A DNA stretch of 64,000 bases from assembly GCA_965222045.1 (NCBI GenBank), contig OZ244930.1, positions 2,684,329 to 2,748,328 on the forward strand, written 5' to 3'. Both the position numbers and the translations under genes were made by a program. This stretch comes from Phycisphaerales bacterium (GTDB lineage: Bacteria > Planctomycetota > Phycisphaerae > Phycisphaerales > UBA1924). This document shows, one piece after another, positions 9,086 to 17,527 of the stretch (its first letter is position 1; every line of letters starts with the position of its first letter). The notes under the pieces are model-generated. The model was not told where the DNA came from. It saw nothing but the letters and a program-made list of their open reading frames with translations, and searched no databases.

Positions 9086-10276
9086 ATGACCACCGCTTCG
9101 ACGACGAGCCCTGCGCTTTCCGCCGATCCTTTGCAGCTGATCGATGTCGATCACGTGCGTTTCTATGTCGGGAACGCGAAGCAGGCCGCCTATTTTTATG
9201 CCCACACGTTCGGCTTCCGGATCGATCAGATCGCGGATCTGACGACCGGATCGCGAACCGAGGCCGACTATCTGTTGACCCAGGGCAACATCCGCCTCTT
9301 GCTGACCACACCGCTCAACGACACCCACCCGGCTGCGGAGGAAATCAAGCTCTATGGCGATGGGATCAAGGAGGTCGCCCTGACCGTTGATGACGCGGAG
9401 GCCGCTTACAACCAGGCGATCGCGAACGGCGGCGAGAGCGCTCAGGCTCCACGGACGATCGAGGACGACAAGGGCACCGTGACCGTTGCATCGATCCGGG
9501 CGTACGGGCGCATGATCCATACGTTCGTTTCTCGAACAGGCGAGTACGCCCACGAGAACATGCGGAACGGTGGCATGTTCATGCCCAACTTCAAAAAGCA
9601 CGAGTCGCCGCTGAATGATTACAACGAGAAGCACCCCTGCGGACTCATGTACGTTGATCACCTCGTCGGCAACGTCGAAGAGGGCAAGATGAACGAGTGG
9701 GTGAAGTGGTACGAGGACGTCATGGGCTTCGCTATGTTTAAGCACTTCGACGACGCCGATATCTCGACCGAATACTCCGCGTTGATGTCCAAGGTCATGG
9801 CGAGTGGCAACAACCTCATCAAGATGCCGATCAACGAGCCGGCTGAGGGACTCAAGAAGAGCCAAATCCAGGAATATCTGGAGTGGCACAACATGACGCC
9901 GGGTGTGCAGCACCTCGCGTTCCGGACCGACGATGAGCTGGCGACTGTCGCCGAGTTGCGTCGTCGCGGCGTGGACTTCCTCGACATGCCCGACACCTAC
10001 TACGATCTGGTTTGGGACCGTGTGAATACCATGCTCAAGGAGCACGGTCACGATATCGTTCGCGAGGACCACGAGCGTGTGAAGGAACTCGGCGTGCTGG
10101 TCGACGCGGACGACGAGGGCTACCTGCTCCAGCTGTTCACCAAACCGCTGCAGGACCGCCCAACGTTTTTCATTGAGATCATCTGCCGTCGTGGCTCGCA
10201 GAGCTTCGGCAAGGGGAACTTCAAGGCGTTGTTTGAGTCGCTCGAACTCGAGCAGGAGCGTCGCGGGAACCTCTGA
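9086..10276 (+). CDS. hppD: 4-hydroxyphenylpyruvate dioxygenase
   Basis: Two VOC-fold halves and the C-terminal FFIEIICRRGSQSFGKGNFKALFESLELEQ typical of HPPD. ATG 9086 chosen (AAGGA upstream). The ORF-track start 8876 adds 70 non-homologous residues. Confidence 0.9.
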   Translation: MTTASTTSPALSADPLQLIDVDHVRFYVGNAKQAAYFYAHTFGFRIDQIADLTTGSRTEADYLLTQGNIRLLLTTPLNDTHPAAEEIKLYGDGIKEVALTVDDAEAAYNQAIANGGESAQAPRTIEDDKGTVTVASIRAYGRMIHTFVSRTGEYAHENMRNGGMFMPNFKKHESPLNDYNEKHPCGLMYVDHLVGNVEEGKMNEWVKWYEDVMGFAMFKHFDDADISTEYSALMSKVMASGNNLIKMPINEPAEGLKKSQIQEYLEWHNMTPGVQHLAFRTDDELATVAELRRRGVDFLDMPDTYYDLVWDRVNTMLKEHGHDIVREDHERVKELGVLVDADDEGYLLQLFTKPLQDRPTFFIEIICRRGSQSFGKGNFKALFESLELEQERRGNL

Positions 10277-10305
10277 TCCGGAATGAGTTGATTCCTACAA
10301 AGTCG

Positions 10306-10339
10306 AAGCCGGGCCGCATGGCCCGGCTTTGTTGATTTT
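10306..10339. terminator. bidirectional rho-independent terminator between hppD and the STAS gene
   Basis: 10-bp stem AAGCCGGGCC-gcat-GGCCCGGCTT followed by TGTTGATTTT. Confidence 0.7.
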
Positions 10340-10350
10340 GAGGGGCTCCC

Positions 10351-10713
10351 TTATTTGAGCAACCGCTTCTGTGCCTTCTCAAGAGATTTCTCGACGGGGA
10401 TCAGCTTATCGAGCTTGGTCAGCTTGATGACCTGCATCGCATCATCTGAAAGGTTGATCATGACAAGTCGACCGCCCCGCTTGGCGAGTTCGGTGTTCAT
10501 CGTGACCATCGCGCCGAGCCCAGCGGAAGAGATGAACTCGACGCTCTGGAAGTCCGCGACGATCAGGTTCCGGTCGCTCGAGTCGAGGTACGCCTTCATT
10601 TCCTGGATGAGGAGCGATGACTCGTGCTCATGGAGCTTGGTTGCGCAGACGCGGATGACCGCGCCATGCTCAGAGAACTCAGTCGATTGGATCAGCGCTG
10701 TATCTTCAGACAT
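10351..10713 (-). CDS. STAS-domain anti-sigma-factor antagonist (SpoIIAA/RsbV-like)
   Basis: 120 aa with DFQSVEFISSAGLGAMV, which carries the conserved phospho-serine context of STAS antagonists. Confidence 0.85.
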   Translation of the reverse strand: MSEDTALIQSTEFSEHGAVIRVCATKLHEHESSLLIQEMKAYLDSSDRNLIVADFQSVEFISSAGLGAMVTMNTELAKRGGRLVMINLSDDAMQVIKLTKLDKLIPVEKSLEKAQKRLLK

Positions 10714-10719
10714 GCTGGG

Positions 10720-10728
10720 ATCATATCA
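10720..10728 (-). promoter_or_regulatory. extended -10 (TGaTATGAT), 6 nt upstream of the STAS ATG (leaderless geometry)
   Basis: The minus strand reads TGATATGAT-cccagc-ATG. There is no SD in the 35-nt gap. Confidence 0.45.
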
Positions 10729-10748
10729 GAATAGCGAGCAGGGTGCGA

Positions 10749-11225
10749 TCAGCCCTTGCTGTACGGCTCGCGATAAAAGCCTTTGCCCTCGTCGACGAGC
10801 ATGCCCTTCTTGACCAGCACTTTCCAGATCTTTGGGTTGAACTCGGAGGGCCCGGGTGGCTGGATCGCACCGATATCCGCTCGCTTGCCAGAGGTGACCT
10901 CTCGCTGGGAAATCTGAGATTCCTGATCCAGCCTCATGTACTTCAGACGATGCCGGAAAGCCCGAAGGGCGTCGTTGAGTTCGGTTTGTGTGAACTCGGG
11001 GAGCGGCTCTTCATTCTTCAATGCCTCCGGGTTCTCAAGACGAGTGATCATGTCGTCGAGCCCGACAGAGTCGCGATGTTCGCAGATGCGTTTGAGCTCT
11101 CCCTGATCCACCGGCATCCGTCCCAGGAGTCGCTCAAGGAGTGTCCAGTGTTCAAGCTGGCGGACGGGGTCCGTGCTGGAGCGGAGCTTTTTCTCGGTAT
11201 CGCGAATTTTCTCTACGATGTTCAT
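10749..11225 (-). CDS. hypothetical protein
   Basis: 158-aa ORF between gcvH and the STAS gene on the same strand, with sensible composition. I recognise no family. Confidence 0.65.
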   Translation of the reverse strand: MNIVEKIRDTEKKLRSSTDPVRQLEHWTLLERLLGRMPVDQGELKRICEHRDSVGLDDMITRLENPEALKNEEPLPEFTQTELNDALRAFRHRLKYMRLDQESQISQREVTSGKRADIGAIQPPGPSEFNPKIWKVLVKKGMLVDEGKGFYREPYSKG

Positions 11226-11231
11226 GCGTGC

Positions 11232-11237
11232 AGTCTA
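11232..11237 (-). promoter_or_regulatory. -10-like TAGACT, 6 nt upstream of ATG 11225 (leaderless geometry)
   Basis: The minus strand reads TAGACT-gcacgc-ATG. There is no SD. Confidence 0.35.
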
Positions 11238-11296
11238 CAGGGAGCAGGCGATGGCCTGCAGGTGTATTCATCACGAGTGTATCGAAGCAGGGCTGA

Positions 11297-11671
11297 TCAG
11301 AGCGATGCGTCGTAGGCCTCTGCGTCCATGCAGGCGTCGAGCGTCCCGCGATCGGAGATCCGGACCTTGACCAGCCAGCCGTCTCCGTACGGGTCATTGT
11401 TGACCAGTTCCGGGTTATCGCTCAGCGCCTCGTTGACCTCGATGATCTCACCGGAAGCGGCGGTATAAATGTCGCTTGTGGTTTTGACCGACTCGACCTC
11501 GCCCACGCTATCGCCTGAAGAGACCTCGGTCCCGGCCTCCTGCATCTCCACGAAGGTCACGTCCGTCAGCTGATCGACGGCGTACGTCGTGAGCCCGATC
11601 GTGACGACATCGCCGTCAACCTTGTGCCATTCGTGCGATTCGGAGTAGACGCGATCGGTGGGGGTGGTCAT
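11297..11671 (-). CDS. gcvH: glycine cleavage system H protein (lipoyl carrier)
   Basis: 124 aa with YSESHEWHK and the lipoyl-lysine motif VESVKTTSDIY. ATG 11671 chosen (GAGGAG upstream). Confidence 0.92.
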   Translation of the reverse strand: MTTPTDRVYSESHEWHKVDGDVVTIGLTTYAVDQLTDVTFVEMQEAGTEVSSGDSVGEVESVKTTSDIYTAASGEIIEVNEALSDNPELVNNDPYGDGWLVKVRISDRGTLDACMDAEAYDASL

Positions 11672-11717
11672 GGGCTTTTCGCTCCTCGTGGAGGGGGATC
11701 GTGGTGCAGTGAGCCCG

Positions 11718-11745
11718 ATTGTAGACACAAGTGCTGGATCGACAA
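11718..11745 (-). promoter_or_regulatory. sigma70-like promoter for gcvH
   Basis: The minus strand reads TTGTCG, a 16-nt spacer, then TACAAT. It lies about 45 nt upstream of the ATG. Confidence 0.4.
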
Positions 11746-11923
11746 GTCCGGGGAGCGTTCGTGTTTCTGCTCGAAAAAACACCCCTTTCACGCCCACCGG
11801 CCGCCTTTTCCGATATCATCCTCAATAGCTCGAAGCTCCCCGGAGGATCCGGGTCTTCCGGCCGTCTGTGCATGCAGTCGTTCCCACACTCGCTTGACAG
11901 CCGACACGGAGGTTGCGCTGATC

Positions 11924-14900
11924 ATGACCGAAGCCCTATCGAAACAGACCGAACCAGCCGCACAGCAAGCGACCGATGCCGCCGTGATGCCCCAGAGCAC
12001 CGTGAGCACGCCGATCCTCGCACGCGCCGCCGGGCTCCGTCTCGCCTCGCTCTCCCTCGCCGGGTTCAAGAGCTTCGCCGACAAAACCACCTTCTCCTTC
12101 TCTGATCCCATCACCGGCATCGTCGGGCCCAACGGGTGCGGCAAGTCCAACGTCGTGGACGCCATCAAGTGGGTGCTGGGCGAGCGATCCTCCAAGTCAT
12201 TGCGTGGCAAGGAGATGATCGACGTCATCTTCGCGGGTTCCGCTGTCCGCAAGCCCGCCGGCATGGCCTCCGTCTGCCTGACCTTCGAGAACCCCAAGCT
12301 CACCGACGAGCTGATGGCCGAGCTGGCCGAAGCCGCCGGGCGTGCCGAGGCCATGGTCCACGAGGACCCACCAGAGTCACCCGATGGTCAGGAGCACCAC
12401 CCCGCGCACGACGAGCACATCTCCGATGAGGACGCCGACCGGGCCGCGGAAGAGGGCGAGTCCGAAGCAGCCGCCATCCTCACCGCCCGCCACCGCATCG
12501 GACGCCCATTGCCGATCGACGCCGACGAGGTCTCCGTCGAACGCCAGCTCTTCCGCGACGGCAAGTCCAAGTACATCATCAACGGGCGTGTCGCCCGCCT
12601 CAAGGACATCCGCGACCTGTTCCTCGACACCGGAATCGGCGCCGACGCCTACTCGATCATCGAGCAGGGCAAGGTTGACCGGATGCTCCTCGCCTCGCCG
12701 ATGGAGCGGCGTGTGATCTTTGAGGAGGCCGCGGGCATCGCCAAGTACCGCCAGCGCCGCGTCGAGGCCCAGCGCAAGCTCGAGAAGACCGAGACCAACC
12801 TCGTCCGCACCCGCGAGCAGCTCGACTCCACCGAGCGACGCCTCCGCCTCGTCAAGGGCCAGGCCAGCAAGGCCCGCCGATTCCAGGAGCTTGACAGCGA
12901 GTACCGCGCCCTGCGCATGGCTCTGGCGTTCGAGCAGTACGACGACATCCGACGCCGCCTCGAGGGGCTTACCTCGCAGCTCGCGTCGCTCGAGGACGAG
13001 AAGCAGCGCACCGAGGCCACACTGCGCCAGGCCGAGGACGAGCACCGAGATGCCAGCGAGCAGCACCACACCCGAAACAGGGCTCTTCGCGAACTCGAGG
13101 ATCAACTGACCAAGGCGACTCATCAGCTCGAATCGGCTCAGCAGCGTGGAGCGATGACGGTCCGGGCCATCGAGGAAGCGGCGGGCGCAGTCGAACACGA
13201 GACAACACGGCTCGAAGAAGCGACCTCGCGGATGGAAGATCTGGATGAGTCGATCGAGCGTCATGCTCGCGGTGTTGAGACGCTTGAAGCACAGCTGGAA
13301 GAAGCGCAGCATGCACTGAACGAAGCAAATGAGACCAAGCACGCGGCATCGCGAGATGCGGGCACCCACAGGCAGCGTCTTGATGAGACCCGCGCGGCTT
13401 GTGCCTCGATCGAGCGAGAGCACGCTACGCTAACTACCCAGGTTCAGAGCGATGAACGCCGCATCGATTCGATTCAGGAGCAGTCGGCTGAACTCGCCGG
13501 TCGGTTCGAGGGCCTGACTCAGCAGCGAGCGAATAGAAGCGGACAGATCGGTGAGACGCGTACAGAGATCGATCGCCTTCAATCGCGTGTACATGATCTT
13601 GAGAGGGAGCTGAATTCGATTGCTGAGAATGAGGAGCTCGTCGGCGAGGCCCGCTCGCAGCTCGCGACATTGGTTGATGAGCTCGACGAGCAGCGTGTCC
13701 GACTCGAAACCCGCACCAGCACCCTTGAGGAGATGGTCAAGTCTCGCGCCGGCCTGGACGACGCAGTGCGTGCCGTGCTCGATCGCAAGGAATCGGGTGA
13801 GGGCTTTGGTGGTGTCATCGGCCCATTGGCAGAACTGATCGAGGTATCGAGCGAGCACGCGGCCCCGATCGAGTCTGCGCTTGAGGATGCATTACAATCC
13901 GTCGTTGTCGAGTCACTGGGTGCGATGCCGACGTCGGAGGAACTCGAGAGCCTGCCGGGCAGGGTTACGTTCCTGCCGCTGTATGGGATGGCATCGCCGA
14001 CGCCATCAGATTTCCCTCTGAATCAGCTCGAGGGGGTGATCGGTCCCCGGGTCACGCTGTTGCGTCCGCTCGTCCACGCCAGGTCTCATGATCCCAGGGT
14101 GGATGAGATGCTCGACCGGGTTCTGGCTGCGACACTGCTGGTTGCGGACCTTGATACCGCGATGCTGCTCGCAGCAGGACCACTCCGGGGTATACAGGCA
14201 CGCTTCGTCACCCACTCGGGCACCGTCATCGAACCAGACGGGCGCGTGTGCGCCGGGCCGGCCAGCGACAATCCGGCTTCGGGTCTGTTGGCTCGGCGGG
14301 CAGAGTTGGACGAGCTCAGCGTTCAGCTCCAGTCGCATACCCGTGAGTACGAGACGAAGCGAGACGAGCTTGCTCGCGTCGATGAGAACGCATCACGGCT
14401 TGCAGAGCAGCGTTCGAAGTTGCACACCGCGATCGCCACTACCAAGCAGTCACTCGTCGAGTCCCAGCACGTATTGGATAAGCATGAGAGCGAGCTTGCC
14501 CGCCTGGAACGCGAGATCGAGCGCGTTCAGGATGAGCAGCGAACCAGCGGGCGACGCCTGGATGAGATCCGCGAAGAGCGTGCGTCGCTTCTGGATCGCG
14601 CATCCAAGCTGGAGGGATTGCTCGAAGAACAGCGGGCGTCTGCCGAGCAATCGAGACAGCAGCTTGAGGAATGTGAGCGGGTGCTTGAAGAAGCAAACGA
14701 GACAGTTGCGGGTGCCCGCGTGCAGTCCTCGACTGTCCACGAGCAGCTCCGCTCAGAGCAGCGTCAGCTCGAGCAGTTGCAGGCGCAGCGGGATGAGAGC
14801 GAACGCCAGTGCTCGCTCGCTCAGCGCCACATCGAGCGTGCCAAGGCCATCCTTGATGAGCATCAGCGTGTTGCGAAAGAATCGATCGAGCAGGAGCGTG

Positions 14901-16057
14901 AGGCGACGGCCCGGATCGAAAAGCTCGAGACGGAAACACAGGAAGCCGCATCGCTCGTGCGAGAATCCACTGAGATGCTCCGCGGGATCGAGCAGCGTCT
15001 CGCAGCGGTGCGAGACAGCGCGGAAGCGTTCCAGCGTGACTGGCATGCCATCGAGCTGGCTAAGCGTGAAACTGAAGTCAAACGCGAGACCATTGAGGAG
15101 CGGACGCTCGAAGACCTGAGTATCGATCTGGTCATTGATTACCCCGAGTACCGCTACATGATGCGTGATGGCGATATTGAACGCATCGATGTCGAATCCA
15201 CGACCGCTCGAGTCAATGTTCTTCGTGGCGAGATCAAGAAGCTGGGCAGCGTCAACATCGCGGCCATCGATGAGGAGCAGAACCTCGCCGAACGCAATGA
15301 CGAGTTGATCGCACAGGTGAGAGACATCGATGAGGCACGGATCAAGCTCGCCACGCTGATCGAGAAGCTCAATGTTGCCTCACGCACACGCTTTGGCGAG
15401 GTTTTCGAGTCCATCCAGCAGGAGTTCGGTGGTCGCAACGGCATGTTCCGGCGTCTCTTTGGTGGCGGCCGAGCCGAGGTCCGCCTGATGCCTCTTGTGA
15501 AAGAGGTCGACGGGCAGAAGGTCGTCACCGACGAGATCGACCTGCTTGAATCGGGCATCGAGGTCATAGCCAAGCCGCCGGGCAAGGAGCCGCGCTCAAT
15601 CAACCAGCTTTCGGGTGGCGAAAAGACCATGACGGCGGTCGCGATGCTCCTGGCGATCTTCCGCTCCAAGCCCTCTTGCTTCTGCGTACTCGACGAAGTC
15701 GATGCGGCCCTCGATGAGGCCAACGTGGGACGCTTCTGCTCTACGCTCGATATCTTCGCCCAGCAGTCGCGCTTCATCGTCATCACGCACAATAAGCGCA
15801 CCATGCAGTCCACCGACAAGCTCTTCGGCGTCACCATGCAGGAGCGTGGCGTGTCCAAGCGCGTCGAGGTCCGCTTCGATCAGGTCGGCGAGGACGGTGA
15901 GATCGCCAAGGACGCGATCAAAAATGCGCCGGATGAGGCAACTGAGCCGCTGAATGAGAATGAGCCGGAGGCCACAGCCCAGGGTCCTAAGCCGACCGGT
16001 GCGCTCCGTGCTGCCCTCGCGACCATGCGTGAAGATGCGGTTGCTGAGGCTCGCTGA
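11924..16057 (+). CDS. smc: chromosome segregation protein SMC
   Basis: N-terminal Walker A GPNGCGKSN, about 1000 aa of coiled coil with a central hinge (GGVIGPLAELIEV), and C-terminal LSGGEKT and CVLDEVDAALD. The start is uncertain: ATG 11924 or 11987. Confidence 0.9.
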   Translation: MTEALSKQTEPAAQQATDAAVMPQSTVSTPILARAAGLRLASLSLAGFKSFADKTTFSFSDPITGIVGPNGCGKSNVVDAIKWVLGERSSKSLRGKEMIDVIFAGSAVRKPAGMASVCLTFENPKLTDELMAELAEAAGRAEAMVHEDPPESPDGQEHHPAHDEHISDEDADRAAEEGESEAAAILTARHRIGRPLPIDADEVSVERQLFRDGKSKYIINGRVARLKDIRDLFLDTGIGADAYSIIEQGKVDRMLLASPMERRVIFEEAAGIAKYRQRRVEAQRKLEKTETNLVRTREQLDSTERRLRLVKGQASKARRFQELDSEYRALRMALAFEQYDDIRRRLEGLTSQLASLEDEKQRTEATLRQAEDEHRDASEQHHTRNRALRELEDQLTKATHQLESAQQRGAMTVRAIEEAAGAVEHETTRLEEATSRMEDLDESIERHARGVETLEAQLEEAQHALNEANETKHAASRDAGTHRQRLDETRAACASIEREHATLTTQVQSDERRIDSIQEQSAELAGRFEGLTQQRANRSGQIGETRTEIDRLQSRVHDLERELNSIAENEELVGEARSQLATLVDELDEQRVRLETRTSTLEEMVKSRAGLDDAVRAVLDRKESGEGFGGVIGPLAELIEVSSEHAAPIESALEDALQSVVVESLGAMPTSEELESLPGRVTFLPLYGMASPTPSDFPLNQLEGVIGPRVTLLRPLVHARSHDPRVDEMLDRVLAATLLVADLDTAMLLAAGPLRGIQARFVTHSGTVIEPDGRVCAGPASDNPASGLLARRAELDELSVQLQSHTREYETKRDELARVDENASRLAEQRSKLHTAIATTKQSLVESQHVLDKHESELARLEREIERVQDEQRTSGRRLDEIREERASLLDRASKLEGLLEEQRASAEQSRQQLEECERVLEEANETVAGARVQSSTVHEQLRSEQRQLEQLQAQRDESERQCSLAQRHIERAKAILDEHQRVAKESIEQEREATARIEKLETETQEAASLVRESTEMLRGIEQRLAAVRDSAEAFQRDWHAIELAKRETEVKRETIEERTLEDLSIDLVIDYPEYRYMMRDGDIERIDVESTTARVNVLRGEIKKLGSVNIAAIDEEQNLAERNDELIAQVRDIDEARIKLATLIEKLNVASRTRFGEVFESIQQEFGGRNGMFRRLFGGGRAEVRLMPLVKEVDGQKVVTDEIDLLESGIEVIAKPPGKEPRSINQLSGGEKTMTAVAMLLAIFRSKPSCFCVLDEVDAALDEANVGRFCSTLDIFAQQSRFIVITHNKRTMQSTDKLFGVTMQERGVSKRVEVRFDQVGEDGEIAKDAIKNAPDEATEPLNENEPEATAQGPKPTGALRAALATMREDAVAEAR

Positions 16058-16078
16058 GGCACCATTTTTCAGGGTTAG

Positions 16079-16087
16079 TGCTATACT
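16079..16087 (+). promoter_or_regulatory. extended -10 (TGcTATACT), 6 nt upstream of ATG 16094 (leaderless geometry)
   Basis: TGCTATACT-gcccgc-ATG, with no SD. Confidence 0.45.
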
Positions 16088-16093
16088 GCCCGC

Positions 16094-17527
16094 ATGTTGA
16101 AGTGCATATCCCGCATCGTTTGTGTATGTTTCCTTTTCCTGTTTGCTGCTTCTACGCGTGCTGATACCCTCACGCTGAAGGACGGCTCGGTCTTCGAGGG
16201 GAAGATCCTTGAAGAGAATGGTGCCGAGGTTGTCATGGAGGTGGTCATCTCCAATATCAAGACCACCCGGACATTCCCTCGTTACAAGGTGCAATCGATC
16301 GAGTACGCCGAGGTCGAGGAGGCTGAGCCGGAGGGTGATGAGAGCAAGCCCTCCGTGAAGTCGGCAGACCGAGAAGCGCAGCAGGAGAAAGACACCGAAA
16401 CGGAACTCGATGAGGAGGCAGCGAAGGAAAGCCCCAGTGCACGTGCGACAGCTCGCGATCGCGCTTCTGCACGAGCAAGTCGGATGTACTTCATGCAGAT
16501 TCCCATCGAGGGAACCATCGGTGAGCAAACAAACGCCACGGGACTGAAGAACGCGTTGCTGCAGGCCAGACGCCGCGGCGTGTCGCACATCGTGTTCACG
16601 ATCGATTCGCCCGGCGGGTTCCTGTACGATGCCATTCAGTCACTCGAGGTCCTCAAGGAGTTCGACGACGAGTTCGAGTATCACGCGATGGTCGAGGAGG
16701 GGGCGATCAGCGCCGCCAGCATCTACGTCGCGGCTTCCGATCACATCTGGGTCCGGCCCGGTGCCCGAGTCGGCGGGGCAGTTGCGTACTCCAAAGATAC
16801 AACATCAGGTGCGGCCGAGGTCGATGCGAAGCTCAACTCGATCTGGGCCGCGGACATCGCGTCGAGGGCGCAAACGAAGGGTCACCCGCCGGAAGTATTC
16901 CGCGCCATGGTCGAGCCGGCTGCGGAGCTTTGGGTCGACGCGGAAGGCAACACTTTTACTTCGCGCCCAAGCTCAAATGGCGCTCAGCAACTCGACAACG
17001 CAACCAGCATCCTGACGATCCGGGCGGATCAGATGATCGCGATCGGCATGGCGAAGGAGTTCGATGATGACATCGCTACGCTGGGTGATGCGCTCGGGCT
17101 GGAGACATGGGTCGAGGTGAAGACACTCGGCATCCGCGCGATGAAGAAAGCGGGGGACGAGCGTGAGGAGCTGAGTGAGCGGTATGCTGAGGCCATAAAG
17201 GTCTACATCGAAACGCTTAAGGACTACGAAAAGGACCATCCGGCGAGCTTCGATGACTATCGCTATTACACCGACCTGCGTGGTGGTGAGTATGCCGATG
17301 GCCCGTCCTTCCAGAAATGGCGGGAGCGAACGGACCGCACTATCCGCCACTGTGATGTGCTCCTCGAGGCCCTCGCCCGGATGGCATCGGTCAATAAGCG
17401 TGCAGCGAAGATCGGGGCGGACCACCTCCAGTACGTTTCCGAGGAGATCGGCACGGACGCATACCAGGAACTCCAAGATGCCCGCGCAGAACTGGTCCGA
17501 AACCGGAACAAGCCGCCGATGCCATGA
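16094..17527 (+). CDS. secreted ClpP/NfeD-fold serine protease-like protein
   Basis: Signal peptide, small beta domain and acidic linker, then a ClpP/SppA/NfeD-type core (IVFTIDSPGG ... GAISAASIYVAASD). Confidence 0.65.
   Translation: MLKCISRIVCVCFLFLFAASTRADTLTLKDGSVFEGKILEENGAEVVMEVVISNIKTTRTFPRYKVQSIEYAEVEEAEPEGDESKPSVKSADREAQQEKDTETELDEEAAKESPSARATARDRASARASRMYFMQIPIEGTIGEQTNATGLKNALLQARRRGVSHIVFTIDSPGGFLYDAIQSLEVLKEFDDEFEYHAMVEEGAISAASIYVAASDHIWVRPGARVGGAVAYSKDTTSGAAEVDAKLNSIWAADIASRAQTKGHPPEVFRAMVEPAAELWVDAEGNTFTSRPSSNGAQQLDNATSILTIRADQMIAIGMAKEFDDDIATLGDALGLETWVEVKTLGIRAMKKAGDEREELSERYAEAIKVYIETLKDYEKDHPASFDDYRYYTDLRGGEYADGPSFQKWRERTDRTIRHCDVLLEALARMASVNKRAAKIGADHLQYVSEEIGTDAYQELQDARAELVRNRNKPPMP

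Noticed and set aside
11672-11800. A glycine riboswitch in the gcvH leader.
   Set aside because: There are only loose resemblances (GAAAGGGG, CTCCCCGGAC), with no tandem aptamer architecture or conserved GGAGAG...CACCGAAGGGGCAA cores. The predicted promoter leaves a leader of only about 45 nt.
12377-15119. Several long alternative-frame ORFs inside smc (12377..13423 minus, 14088..15119 plus, 15154..15858 minus).
   Set aside because: All lie inside the uninterrupted SMC reading frame, which carries Walker A, hinge, signature and Walker B motifs in the correct order. The alternative frames are Ser/Arg/Ala-rich low complexity.
11924-16057. The SMC-like ATPase as part of a defence system (Wadjet/JetC or Lamassu LmuB type).
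   Set aside because: It has canonical SMC length, hinge and head motifs. No JetA/B/D, LmuA or nuclease partners are adjacent, and the neighbours are housekeeping genes.
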